Assembly (NCBI GenBank): GCA_951406725.2
Contig: OX597817.1
Coordinates: forward strand, 56,482,001 to 56,546,000
DNA length: 64,000 bases
Direction of reading: 5' to 3'
Origin: Octopus vulgaris
Taxonomy: Eukaryota
The translations under genes were made by a program, and so were the position numbers. Below are positions 1-12,840 of this stretch, piece by piece. Positions within the stretch are counted from its first letter, which is position 1, and every line of letters begins with the position of its first letter. The notes under the pieces are model-generated. The model saw nothing but the letters and a program-made list of their open reading frames with translations, searched no databases and had not been told where the DNA came from.

Positions 1-80
1 AAGGGATGTTTGTCAATTTTTTAAATTAATAAATGATAATTTATTAATTACCTCTCTATTTTCTCATCTTATTGTATATG

Positions 81-159
<79 letters not shown>

Positions 160-170
160 TATATAGAAGG

Positions 171-221
171 AGCTTCTACAGGACTAGAACTGTTTCATTC
201 AAGAGAAATCTTCAGGAAGCT
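171..221 (-). ncRNA. Type I hammerhead ribozyme (inverted copy of 1026-1076)
   Basis: Exact reverse complement of the 1026-1076 motif. Confidence 0.7.
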
Positions 222-480
222 AGTTAACAAGAATTGTATTGGCATTTATACATTTAGGCAGGTTTATAGGGGTGGTGGTGGGGGACTTTTTGGGGTAGGC
301 ATAGCGCAAAAAAATCATACTTGGGGGAGTGGTCAAGGAGTCAGTGGTAAATTAGATAGAAGAATAAATAAAAGAATAAAGAATAAAATACAAAAATATA
401 TAGAAGAATAGAGTTTTAGGTAAATAAGGAAATTCTCAACACACACACATATACATACACACATACATACACACACACAC

Positions 481-536
<56 letters not shown>

Positions 537-680
537 ACATACATATATGTGTATATGTATATATGAGTATATAGGGACTTGTGTGTTGTGTGTGCATGTG
601 TGTATGTGTATGTGTGGTCGTGTGTGTGTATATATACATGTGTGTGTGTATGTGTATATGCATGTATATGTGTATGTATG

Positions 681-711
<31 letters not shown>

Positions 712-730
712 GTAGATATATGTATGTATA

Positions 731-765
<35 letters not shown>

Positions 766-1025
766 GGGTGTGTGTGTATGTATGTGTGTATGTATATGTG
801 TGTGTGTTGAGAATTTCCTTATTTACCTAAAACTCTATTCTTCTATATATTTTTGTATTTTATTCTTTATTCTTTTATTTATTCTTCTATCTAATTTACC
901 ACTGACTCCTTGACCACTCCCCCAAGTATGATTTTTTTGCGCTATGCCTACCCCAAAAAAGTCCCCCACCACCACCCCTATAAACCTGCCTAAATGTATA
1001 AATGCCAACACAATTCTTGTTAACT

Positions 1026-1076
1026 AGCTTCCTGAAGATTTCTCTTGAATGAAACAGTTCTAGTCCTGTAGAAGCT
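1026..1076 (+). ncRNA. Type I hammerhead ribozyme
   Basis: AGCTTC-CTGAAGA-TTTC(TCTT)GAAT-GAAA-CAG(TTCTAGTC)CTG-TA^GAAGCT. Stem I AGCTTC/GAAGCT 6 bp; stem III A-U, C-G, A-U, G-C; GUA site, predicted cut after 1070; U-U at the 10.1/11.1 position. Confidence 0.72.
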
Positions 1077-1159
1077 CCTTCTATATAATAAATTAATTTT
1101 ACTCTGCTATGTATTGAGTACCTTATTTACTGTGGTTAACCCCGAATCAACCCGGGACC

Positions 1160-1214
<55 letters not shown>

Positions 1215-1242
1215 AAATAAGCAACAAGGATATCCAAGGTAG

Positions 1243-1330
1243 TGTAGTACAATCGTTTCATGCTACTTCATTTTATTAAACAATGTAAGTATTACATCAG
1301 TTTTAAAATGTAGAGCAATCTTCAGCCACA
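1243..1330 (-). ncRNA. Type I hammerhead ribozyme with long stem II and minimal stem III
   Basis: Minus strand TGTGG-CTGAAGA-TTGCTCTACATTTTA...TAAAATGAAGTAGCAT-GAAAC-GATT-GTA^CTACA; stem I TGTGG/CTACA 5 bp (one G-U), stem II tgct/agca and catttta/taaaatg. Confidence 0.68.
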
Positions 1331-1672
1331 TATAGAATTTTTTTAATTTAATGGACAATGGACATTTTATAATCACCCCATTTGGTTTATATGGATAATA
1401 CCATACCAAATTCTGGTGCCTTTAACTTAAATACCGTATCCATCTGAATCTAAATTTTGCTGAACTTATATATATATACAAAGAGAGAGAGAGAGAGAGA
1501 GAAGTTACAAAAGCGACAGAGGAGGTTACTAATAGTTAAACTAACATGAAGTGTCTTGCTCAAGAACACCAGCACCCGTTGTCAAGCGCTGGTAGGGGAC
1601 AAAGACAGACACAAAGGTACACAAACACACATACACACACATATCCTTTTTTATACACACACACACACACAC

Positions 1673-1718
<46 letters not shown>

Positions 1719-1845
1719 GTTAGAGGGAAACGCACAACAAAAACCAAGGTAGGGCGATTATCTCAAGTCATTTAGAAAAAATAAGTAGTTAGGTGATTAT
1801 TTGAGGTATCTTATTAATTAATTAGTTAATTAATTTATTATTAGA

Positions 1846-1916
1846 TGTCTTACAGCTGTTTCTGAGATATCCCAAGTGATATGTTTATCTCCATACACTG
1901 GGTATTCCATCATCAG
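1846..1916 (-). ncRNA. Hammerhead core with palindromic minimal stem III; 5' strand of stem I replaced by an abutting SINE fragment
   Basis: Minus strand CTGATGA-tggaATACCCAGTG...CACTTGGGATATctca-GAAACAGCTGTA^AGAC; ACAGCTGT palindrome like Penelope-type minimal hammerheads. Confidence 0.6.
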
Positions 1917-2698
1917 AACGTAAAGCGTGATGACAGGTGATATACCGCTAAGCATTTAGTCCGGCGTGCTAACGTTTCTGCCAGTTCGCCGCCTTAATCA
2001 GTTAGAAATAATAGCAGCGCCACTCCCTTTACAGCAAGCCTTTATCTCTTTAAATGATAAAAAAAAAAGCACTGGACTGCGGTCTGATAAACATCTATGA
2101 ATCTTTTAACAAATACTTTCTGTTTTTCTTCGCAAGTTTTTCAAAATTCCATCATATTTTAAGAATATTATTCTGAGATGTTTATTTTTTAACACCTGTC
2201 AGTGTCTCTAATTATCACTTCATTTAGCTTTCTTCTTATCATAGATTTCAGGTTTTTAAAACACATCCAGGTATTATCTATAATTTTATCACATTGGCAG
2301 AAAGAGACAGAGAGAGAAAGAGTGATAGGGGGAGGGGAGGGACAGAGTGAGAGAAATGGAGAGAGAGAGAGAGAGAAAGAGATGAGTACAGACACCGAAA
2401 TAATCTGTATGAAATAACTTCAGTCATTAATTGATAATTTTCTCTAATTAGAGTTAATTTCGAATGTCCAATTTGGCTCATCACTGTCTCAACAGTCTTC
2501 TAAGAATAGAAAAGCGATTTGCATCAAGAGAAATGACAAGACATGGTGAGAGAACAGAGAAGAATATTCGGATAAATTTTTGTCTGAGAACTAAAAGAAT
2601 GGCAACAACACATCCATTATTGATTGTTGATGGCGAAGAAGTGTGAGTGTTCATATATGAGTGTGTGTATAAGTGTGTATATATAGAAATATAAATAA

Positions 2699-2764
<66 letters not shown>

Positions 2765-2779
2765 ACGTAAAGTATATTA

Positions 2780-3172
2780 GCCATCCCAATATGGCTAACC
2801 ACTAAGGGTGGGTGTTACTGTAGCTTTTAGCCCCAGGAGATCATCGTCTCCAGCTGGCTTTAGGTACACTTTCTGTGCCCTTATGGTATTTGCAAAGAGA
2901 AGTCATCCCTCTCTCATAAACCAAAGCGATACGCACGGACTGCAGCTTCGAGGTAATTTGCCTCTTGTCAACGTACGGTAATCACCGGTTTACGATGAAA
3001 GGAAGACCTGTTTGCAAATACTTATGGGTTTTTCTAGTAACTTCCGTCACTGATTTCGAAAAACTGTCTGCAAGCAATAATAAATCTCTGAACGAGATGT
3101 AAACAGTAACCGCTCCTGGGGCTAAAAGCTACAGTAACACCCACCCTTAGTGGTTAGCCATATTGAGATGGC
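2780..3172. mobile_element. MITE with ~60-bp terminal inverted repeats and TA flanks
   Basis: TA|gccatcccaatatggctaaccactaagggtgggtgttactgtagcttttagccccaggag ... ctcctggggctaaaagctacagtaacacccacccttagtggttagccatattgagatggc|TA (one mismatch). Confidence 0.85.
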
Positions 3173-3188
3173 TAGCATTTATTATTGC

Positions 3189-3232
<44 letters not shown>

Positions 3233-3234
3233 TT

Positions 3235-3317
<83 letters not shown>

Positions 3318-3469
3318 GGATGGATAGATAGATATAGATATAAATATAGATATACGTAATCACGTGAGAGACCAGACTATCGGATGGTATTCTACAGCGA
3401 TAGTCACAATGCGATTTGTATCGTTTTCAGTTTTCAATAACTGCTACTCCACTGACTAGACGAGTAGGC

Positions 3470-3702
3470 TAATATTCCGCCTGATCGGAAGTCCACCCTG
3501 CGTTCTCGCTCGCCACTCGTCCGGAACAGTCGGGCAAAATGCTGTTGAAAGGCCTTGCACATTTTACTTGGTTCGAGTAATTCGCGTCCCTGTTCATCTA
3601 CCAGAAACCGAATGGTGGCTTTGTTGACCTGTTGCACCTCCGCTACTCAGGCCTCTCGGACGGCTCCAACACCTTCGTTTCTTACAGCACGCATCCTAGC
3701 TC
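3470..3702 (-). mobile_element. L1/Tx1-type LINE ORF2 internal fragment (endonuclease-RT linker)
   Basis: Minus-strand translation RARMRAVRNEG...KATIRFLVDEQGRELLEPSKMCKAFQQHFARLF with an in-frame stop; GC-rich like the LINE at 30841-32574. Confidence 0.65.
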
Positions 3703-3914
3703 AGAGCACTACATCCGGCCGTGCTAACGTTTCTGCCAGCTCGCCGCCTTCGAATGATATGGGAAATCTTGCGCCCATGACAGCCGATTCTTTCTTGCTA
3801 ATATCTGTGTGCTTTTATGCACCAAGTGCCTATACGAGATGATAACTGGATATAAAAATTATCTCTTCGTGTTAATACTGTCTTCCTCGCTAATAGAGAA
3901 TTCAGGTGTAGTCT

Positions 3915-4050
3915 TTTGCTTCTTCACTCTCATTTCCACCTCATCCATGTCGTCAAATCTCTGTCCATGAAGGACTGTCCTTCTTCTGACCTAACAAGAA
4001 GATGGAAGGCCCCAGATCTGGGTTGTAGGCTGGATGGGGAACCACTGACC
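3915..4050 (-). mobile_element. mariner transposase remnant
   Basis: Minus-strand PHPAYNPDLGPS (mariner HPPYSPDLAPSD motif), then after a frameshift GQRFDDMDEVE. Confidence 0.6.
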
Positions 4051-4288
4051 ATCCGAATTTGTGTTTTGTTTCTTTCCTATCATCTTTGCTTTGAAGAAAG
4101 GCTGTCCGAAGCAGCACTTGAATACACCATTCTCAACGGAGATTTCTATGTATTCTTTTTGTCACATTTTCCAAATAATACAAGTCTTACTGACTTGCGC
4201 CAGTCTCCGTAGATTCTGTTTTATCTCATATACACACTTGCGCGTGTGTGTGTGTGCGTGCTTGAGAGTATGTATGTATTCATGTGTG

Positions 4289-4502
4289 TACGAGATGCCT
4301 TCCAGAAGTTTTGAGACAAAACTCCAGCATTCTTGCACGCTGGACGGCTTCCATGATGTCTTCTTGAAGAGGCAGAAGCTCTAGAACAAATGCATTGAAA
4401 ACAGATGATCGTCCTTTGAGGGAGATCAGAGATTTGTTCTTCATTGAAACGAATAAATGGCTTTCTTGAAAAGGTCTCAAAAACACTGGAATACATTTCT
4501 TA
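4289..4502. mobile_element. Small mariner-derived element (degenerate TIRs)
   Basis: tacgagatgccttccagaagttttgagac vs inverted gtctcaaaaacactggaatacatttctta; interior resembles a mariner C-terminus (NKCIE...FEGD). Confidence 0.45.
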
Positions 4503-4554
4503 TATTATGTATATATGTATGTTTGTATGTGTATGTATGCATGTATACATACAT

Positions 4555-4708
4555 GTGGCTGTGTGGTAAGTAGCTTGCTAACCAACCACATGGTTCTGGG
4601 TTCAGTCCCACTGCGTGGCATCTTGGGCAAGTGTCTTCTGGTATAGCCCCGGGCCGACTAATGCCTTGTGAGTGGATTTGGTAGACGCAAACTGAAAGAA
4701 GCCTGTCG

Positions 4709-4741
<33 letters not shown>

Positions 4742-4931
4742 CTGTGTTTGTCCCCCTAGCATTGCTTGACAACCGATGCTGGTGTGTTTACGTCCCCGTC
4801 ACTTAGCGGTTCGGCAAAAGAGATCGATAGAATAAGTACTGGGCTTACAAAGAATACGTCCCGGGGTCGATTTGCTCGACTAAAGGCGGTGCTCCAGCAT
4901 GGCCGCAGTCAAATGACTGAAACAAGTAAAA

Positions 4932-4933
<2 letters not shown>
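4555..4933 (+). mobile_element. tRNA-derived SINE, family A (internal TA/TG microsatellite)
   Basis: A-box-like tggctgtgtgg, B-box-like ggttcagtcc, tail ...aaatgactgaaacaagtaaaag; about ten similar copies in the window. Confidence 0.85.
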
Positions 4934-4994
<61 letters not shown>

Positions 4995-4996
4995 CA

Positions 4997-5028
<32 letters not shown>

Positions 5029-5040
5029 ACTATATATATA

Positions 5041-5072
<32 letters not shown>

Positions 5073-5083
5073 CATATGTAAAC

Positions 5084-5146
<63 letters not shown>

Positions 5147-5502
5147 GTGGAGAGTGTGAAGACTTACATACAAACACGCATGTGTGTGTGTGTGTTTCTG
5201 TGTGTTTGTCTGTGTGTGTCTGTGTATGTATGTAACATATATACTTATAGCTATCGTATAAGACACCCAAGATTCCAAATAGTGAAACCAAACCAGAAAT
5301 CATTGAAAGTCGAAGCGAACGTAACAAGAGAACCATGCCGCCCTTCCTCCCCTCCACTCCTCATAAGAACAACTAAACAGTGTTGCAATGGCTGAACAAC
5401 AACAAACCTTTCTATCTACATTACAGGTGTAATATTATATATATATCTTACTTATTGTGGATGTCTGTATACGCTAAAAGTACTCCTGACATCAACCATA
5501 GG

Positions 5503-5640
<138 letters not shown>

Positions 5641-6296
5641 TGATAATGATGATGATGATGATGGTAGAAAAGAAGTCGTGTATTGTTGCACGCAATAGTT
5701 TCTTTAGATAAACAATTTGTATGTGGCTTTGGTGATATACTGTGGTATGAAAAAATAATCTGGCTTGAAGAATTGTCATAACTACGAGATAGGTGAATGG
5801 AAGAATTTGTAACTTTTGTTCAATTGATAATGACTGTTAGCGAAACCATAACTATTACGCAGATTGGTGAATCGAAGAATCCGTGAAGATCTGGAATGAA
5901 TGGTTACGTATTAACAAGTATTGTTTGATGTGAAGGGGGAGGGGGAGGACGACGACGACGAGTTATGATCATCACCTTCTCTTCTCCACCACTCCCACTC
6001 CATCAAACACTATTATTGCTGACGCGACTCTTGTGTTCTTCTTCCTTATCGTTTATATTCTCTGTTCAAATTACTCTATGTTGGGTTATTACGTCGGACA
6101 AAAGAATTTGGCGGCATTTCGAACCCGTCTTCACGTTCTCAGATCAAATTCCGCTGAGGTCGACTTTCAATTCCATCCTTTCACAATCGATAAAATAAGT
6201 ACCATTTGAATTCTGGAGTAGACGTAACCGACCTGCACCCCGCCCCTCACAAAATTTCAGGCCTTGTGCCTACAGAGAAAAGGATTATTATTATTA

Positions 6297-6540
6297 CTGA
6301 GTGAGAGAGCAGTACATGCTGTCAAAGTGACGCTGGGGTCCAAATGCACGAGGCCCAATATACCAATCATGACTACACATCTGATAAAGATGCACTAGGC
6401 ACATGCATCACAAGCATAAGTGCGTGTGATGGTAACCTCATATCAAGAAAAAAAGTACGTAACCTTGCATGTAGGGCCTGATTACCATATTCTTCTGGTC
6501 GAGTAGCCCAAATCCGGCTGAGCTCAGCTTTGTCTACTTT
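6297..6540 (-). mobile_element. Diverged copy of the (AAT)n-tailed retroposon end seen at 12282-12840
   Basis: tgagtgagagagcagtacatgctgtcaaagtgacgctgggg... is the reverse complement of 12800-12840; next to a (TTA)n run. Confidence 0.7.
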
Positions 6541-7556
6541 ACCATTCAGCCATCGATGTTCCCTAAAATACCAATCAAATACTGGTACCAATGTTAACGA
6601 CCAGCCCCACACCCATCAAATCTGCTGGCCTCCTGCCAAAATCAGAAACAAAAACTAAAGTTGAGCTCGTGTATTTGTAGAAACTTTAGGTCTCCGGAAC
6701 TCCTGCTTCTTCGTGTTCTTGGTTCAAATCTCACCATGACCAACTTTACTTTCCATTTCTTTGGATTCGAAACATAAACCGCCAGGCGAACGCTGAGATC
6801 GACGGTTGACCACTCTCTTCTGCTCGAAATTTCAGGCCTTCGATATTTACAGTAGAATATGCATTAATTTTTACATTCTTATGCTTCTTTTGTAGATTGC
6901 TTTAAATCGAAGAGGTGAAATACAGATAGAACGAAGTTTTAAATGAAAACAAAAAACACGAATATCATATTTGAAGAGATGGAAAATTTATAGAGTACTA
7001 AAATACAATAATACTAGAGAGAATTCTAGAAAAAAAGGATAAAGGAAAAACGAATGAAAATTGGGAAGAACAAGGTAAAAATATAAATAGAATGGAATGA
7101 AGAAAATATAGAGACAACAAAAAAGGAAGGAAACGGGGAGAATAAGAAAAGGAAAAAAAATGAAACGGAAAACGAAAGTAGAAAAAATGCGATAGTAAAG
7201 TGATACAAAAGACAAATAAAGGAGATACTAATGGTGGCCTCAGATTGCAGGCAATTTTCCAAAACAGTATTACCAATTCCAAGAGGAGTCCTTAAACGGA
7301 AATTGGAGCAAAATTAACGTTTTCAAAGCGGGGGGTAATCCTTCGTTTGGCAAGTTCTGTCAAATAATCGTTTGAGAAACAATGGGCAGTATACTGACAT
7401 CATTCTGCGACGAAATTTTGGCAAAGTCATATTTTAGTGCTTGGATATCTTATCTTAAAGCTGCCAAAAATAGGCTGAACCGGAAAGAAGGAATGGTTCA
7501 TTTTGATGTTTGGAATATTTATGTATGCGTGACTGTGTGTGCGTGTGTGTATGTGT

Positions 7557-7625
<69 letters not shown>

Positions 7626-8699
7626 GTGTTTATGTATGCGTATGTGTCTGTGTGTTTGTATACATTTATGAGTGTAAGTTTACGCAAAGGAAGAGAAAGA
7701 GAGAGAGAGAGAGAAAGAAAGAAAATTTATGTACGTATGTATATATTTGCGCATGTGTATATAATATGTATGCACATGTGTGAGTGTGCGTGAACGTAGC
7801 AAAGAATGACTACATACATACATACACGCATACATACATACATACATACATACATACATACATACATAAATACATACATACTTACATACATACATACATA
7901 CATACATAAATATATACATACGTACATACATACATGCATAAATACATGCATACATGCATACATACATACATACATACATACATGCATAAATACATACATA
8001 CATACATACATGAATAAATATACACATACATATTTACAGACATACATGCATAAATACATACATACATGCATTTGTGCATGCATACATACATGCATACATA
8101 CATACATACATACATACATACACACATACATGCATAAATACATACGGACATACATACATGCATAAATACATAGGTACATACGTACATACATACATGCATA
8201 AATACATACGTGCATATATATACATACGTACATACATACATACATACATACATACATACATACATACATACATACATACATACATACATACATACATACG
8301 TACGTACATACACACATACACACATGCACACATGCGGACCTATTCAAACAAACGTTTGGCAGCGAACAAACGGCTGGCTGGCAGGCCGGTTGGTCGGTTG
8401 GCCTGTTGCTCATAAAAATTGTGACACACACATATATCATACGAACAATGTCACGTGACACTGCTAGTAAGCACGAGACATGTGAATCAGATTGGTATTT
8501 TTGCTTGCTTCGCTCTTTATTTTTCCATTGTATTATTTACTCATCGCCATCTTCCTATCGTTTCCCCTTTGATAACGGGTGCAATTAAAATATTGATCTT
8601 TCTTTCTATTTGCTATGAGTGTGGGGCGTTGGGGTGGGGGTCATTGAGGTTGTGTGTGTATTGTATTCTATTTAATGAAACGGGTGGTTATACTCCCGC

Positions 8700-8913
8700 T
8701 TTTACTCTTTCACTTGTTTCAGTCATTTGACTGCGGCCACGCTGGAGCACCGCCTTTAGTCGAGCAAATCGACCCCAGGACTTATTCTTTGTAATCCTAG
8801 TACTTATTCTATCGTCCTCTTTTTGTCGAACCGCTAAGTGTCCAAGGTGCCACACAGGGGGACTGAACCCGGAACCATATGATTGGTAAGCAAGCTACTT
8901 ACCACACAGCCAC
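8700..8913 (-). mobile_element. SINE family A, internally deleted
   Basis: Tail and head segments joined directly. Confidence 0.75.
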
Positions 8914-9034
8914 CACTTCGCTTTACTCTTGAAGTAAAGAAAAAATTTGTTGCTTCACCGATTCAAAGAGATGCTGTTTCCGTTTTCATTGTCCTAATTC
9001 GATTCCACGTCGATTGTTAATAATCCCTGGTACT

Positions 9035-9420
9035 ACAGGCACAAGGCCTGAAATTTGGAGGAGGAGGATAATCGATTAGATGGGCCGCAGTGTTTTACTG
9101 GTACTTATTTAATCGACCCCAAAAGGATGAAAGGCGAAGTCGACCTCGGCGGAATATGAACTCAGAACGTAGCGGCAGACGAAATACCTATATCTTTACT
9201 ACCCACAAGGGGCTAAACACAGAGGGGACAAACAAGGACAGACAAACGGATTAAGTCGATCATATCGACCCCAGTGCGTAACTGGTACTTATTTAATCGA
9301 CCCCGAAAGGATGAAAGGCAAAGTCAACGTCGGCGGAATTTGAACTCAAAATGTAGCAGCAGACGAAATACCGCTAAGCATTTTACCCGGTGTGCTAACG
9401 TTTCTGCCAGCTCGCCGCCT
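9035..9420 (-). mobile_element. tRNA-derived SINE family B (Meta-like central domain), tandem/partly duplicated
   Basis: Head ggcggcgagctggcagaaacgttagc; central motif gcctttcatcctttcggggtcgattaaataagtaccag present twice (one variant copy). Confidence 0.8.
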
Positions 9421-10431
9421 TCATAGACCGAAATATTGGGTGAGTTAGTTGGAAATTTTGTCGGTAACGAATCTTCTGATGAAACAGTGAAATTCCAACG
9501 TTTCAGATACTACGGAAACTTCGAACTTACAGTCTCCTTGTGTTTCTCTCTAATAAAATACTCCACTCATTTATTGATCAAGTTTTTTTTTCACATTTTG
9601 TTTAATTTATTAAAACATTATCTTCAAATATGTTCGGGTGTGTTATATGTATAAGTGTATGAATGTGGTATATATACATGTGTAGAAATATACAAACACA
9701 CACACACGTGCGCGCTCACAAAAACTGAGCACAGGCTAAATGAGAAGCCCCTACCGAGTCGTCCAACAGAACTCAAATCTCTCCCAAATCAAATCTTACG
9801 TTGACCTAAATATAGAAATGTAACATTAGATAATGACATCCTAGGCATGTCCCCCCCGGACGGTCACGGTTGGATTGCCTCTAGTCATCGACCTACTCAA
9901 TCAGTGTTGACTTGGATTTGAAGGTAACAAGAGAATAAACACTAGTGCTTAGAATAAACACGAGGTCGACTTCGTCTTTCATCCTTCGTTAGGATTTTAC
10001 CAACCTTCTTTCATCCCTTTTCATTTTTCATTCCCGCCAGGGTTTGATACGGCTGGTCACGTGCCTTGTCGGAAATACCCTTCAATGACGTGATTGAACT
10101 CGAAAAAGTCGTCGGCGAAATCTTTGCACGAGAAGAATATAAACTAGCTTTTGAAGTGAGCATAACAGGTCAGGAATAATTTAGACCATTCTAATATTCG
10201 ATACCCGTTGCTTGTTTGACGGCAAAACGATAAAATTTGAAATCTGGATTATTTGTCCAATTAAAATGCTGAATTTTTTTCTATAAAGGATATTCGATTT
10301 AAACGCAATGAGTCTTCAAAGAATTGACATTAGTGCTATTTTCATTTTTCAATAGAATAAAAGTTGTATTAGGTGTTTATTGATTGAGAAAAATATCGAA
10401 ATTTAAATCGACTTTCTCAAGGAAAGCTTAC

Positions 10432-10636
10432 TCTTTACACTTTTACTTGTTTCAGTCATTTGAATGTGGCCATGCTGGAGCACCACCTTTAGTCGAGCAC
10501 ATCGACCGCAGTACTTATTCTTTGTAAGCCTAGTACTTATTCTATCGGTCTCTTTTGCCGAACCGCTAAGTAACGGGGACGTAAACACACCAGTATCGGT
10601 TGTCAAGCGATGTTGGGGGGACAAACACAAACACAA

Positions 10637-10668
<32 letters not shown>

Positions 10669-11047
10669 CTCTCTATATAAACGGCAGTTTGTCTGTGCGT
10701 GTTTCTGTGTGTCTGTTTGCTTGTACCCTCACCCTGACCACGGCTTTCAACCGATTCTGATGAAACTTGACACACACATAGCCCAATGTCATAATTCAAA
10801 ACTAACGCAGCGAAAATTTTGAAAACTTCCCCCAGTTCTGAAAAAATCGATAAATTCGACATGGGGTCGAGAATCAGAAACACGAACCACAAACTGTCTA
10901 GGGGACGCAACTCCACCTTTTTTAAATCTCAAAAAAAATTTACCATCATTTTTTTCCATTTTTTTGCTGTTTTTTGGCTATAACTCTCTAAAAATGATTT
11001 ATAGTTATTTCCCTTACAAACCTGAGCAACGCCGGGCGATACTGCTA

Positions 11048-11094
<47 letters not shown>

Positions 11095-11254
11095 TACGAC
11101 GGGCTTCTTTCAGTTTCCGTCTACCAAATCCACTCACAAGGCTTTGGCCGGCCCGAGGCTATCGTAGAAGACACTTGCCCAAGTTGCCACGCAGTGGGAC
11201 TGAACCCGGAACCATGAGGCTGGTAAGCAAGAATCTTACCACACAGCCACTCCT
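10432..11254 (-). mobile_element. SINE family A interrupted by a Helitron-like insertion
   Basis: Tail 10432-10660 and head 11095-11254 are collinear with intact copies. Confidence 0.8.
10666..11048 (+). mobile_element. Non-autonomous Helitron-like element
   Basis: Starts A|TC, ends CTAG|T, subterminal hairpin cctgagcaacgccggg; 3' end nearly identical to 37015-37412. Confidence 0.7.
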
Positions 11255-11486
11255 TTTTTAAAAAAAGTATTTAACTTAAATAATTCATTTTTTAAACATT
11301 ATACTTCATATTCTGTAATTTCAGTATATATATATATTTCTTCGCTTTCGCCACAACAACTTCGTTTAGGCCTAGCAGCCCTTCCTGTTTGTTTTCACTG
11401 TCCTGTTTTTGTCACCAATCTTGACTCTCCACAAGATCGCAAGTTTTTAAAAGTTTGCTTTGCGGGAGCAACTGTTTTGTCGAAGG

Positions 11487-11554
11487 TGTATCTTGTCGAG
11501 AATTGCTCGAAATACGGTTTAGAAAAACAGCCGACAACTGATGAAGGGTCGTTC
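11487..11554 (+). ncRNA. Non-circularly permuted hammerhead ribozyme candidate
   Basis: TGT-ATC^TTGTCG-a-GAATTGCTC-GAAA-TACG-(15 nt)-CGACAA-CTGATGA-A-GGGTCGTTC; all three stems can form (see findings). Confidence 0.6.
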
Positions 11555-11715
11555 CTTGTGTTGCTTCACTTGTTTTCCATTTGTTTCTTTCGCTGCTTGC
11601 ATAAAAAGTCCTAATTCCTTGTCCTCGTACTTCGTGTTTTTTGTTGTTTATGTTTTGTGACGTCCTGTGCCCAAATATGCATATGTATATACGAATAGAT
11701 GTACGTATATATGCA

Positions 11716-11830
<115 letters not shown>

Positions 11831-11847
11831 ATATATATATATATCAT

Positions 11848-12074
11848 TTACTCTTTTACTTGTTTCAGTCATTTGACTGCGGCCATGCTGGAGCACCGCC
11901 TTTAATCGAGCAACTCGACCCCGGGACTTATTCTTTTTGTAAGCCCTGTACTTATTCTATCGGTCTCTTTTGCCGAACCGCTAAGTAACGGGGACATAAA
12001 CACACCACCATCAGTTGTCAAGCAATGCTAGGGGGACAAACACAGACACACAAACACATACACGCATATATATC

Positions 12075-12122
<48 letters not shown>

Positions 12123-12206
12123 TACGACGGGCTTCTTTCAGTTTCCGCCTACCAAATCCACTCACAAGGCTTTGGTCGGCCCGAGGCTATAGTAGAAGAC
12201 ACTTGC
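11848..12206 (-). mobile_element. SINE family A (head truncated)
   Basis: Matches other family A copies. Confidence 0.8.
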
Positions 12207-12218
12207 CTCCTTAATAAT

Positions 12219-12281
<63 letters not shown>

Positions 12282-12285
<4 letters not shown>

Positions 12286-12840
12286 GCCCTGATGCAGTAC
12301 CAGGCAGTGGCTCTCATGGCTTCTGATCTTAACTGATTGGAAGTGTTATCATGTACATTGTTTTGTCTTGGTATAAAAGATGGGCTACAGCAAATATTCT
12401 GCTCAATACCACAGATTTGCTTGTCAGTTGTTTGACCTTAACCAGTTGAGCATGTCCCTTAGTGGCTGACGATATGTGCATCTCTGATCATGAGCAGAAG
12501 TAGTGGGGGAGCATCATAGCCATGTGTTGAGAGGGATTCTTTGGGGTTTGAATAGTTCACCTCTGGAAACATGGGTGGTTCTTTCAACATCCTTAAACAA
12601 CCCTTATTCAGGGACCGTTTGAGCGGGATGGGCTACTCAACCTGAAGAAAATTCTAACTGGGCCCCACCTGCAAGGTCATGTGCTGTTTATCTTGATATG
12701 AGATCACCATGTCGCGCACATATGGTTGTGATGCATGTGCCTGGTGTACCTTTATCAGACGGGTAGTCATGATGGGTATATTGGGCTTCGTATATTTTAC
12801 CCCAGTGTCACTTTGATGGCATGAACTGCTCTCTCACTCA
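12282..12840 (+). mobile_element. Retroposon 3' end/non-autonomous element flanked by (AAT)n on both sides
   Basis: Ends ...ctctctcactc(AAT)n; second, diverged copy at 6297-6540; no ORF. Confidence 0.6.

Larger units (their letters stand above)
154..1093. repeat. Near-perfect ~350-bp inverted repeat (arms ~154-505 and ~743-1093) around a TA/TG microsatellite spacer; each arm carries a hammerhead core
   Basis: atttattatatagaaggagcttctacaggac... (154) is the reverse complement of ...gtcctgtagaagctccttctatataataaat (ends 1093); only one substitution seen in the unique part (gaattgtAttggc vs gaattgtGttggc). Confidence 0.95.

Noticed and set aside
9470-9535. CTGATGA...GAAAC...GTC as a hammerhead
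   Set aside because: No consistent stems I-III could be paired.
10755-10775. CTGATGAAAC
   Set aside because: Part of the Helitron-like internal motif (ccgattctgatgaaacttg); no stem II or partner strands.
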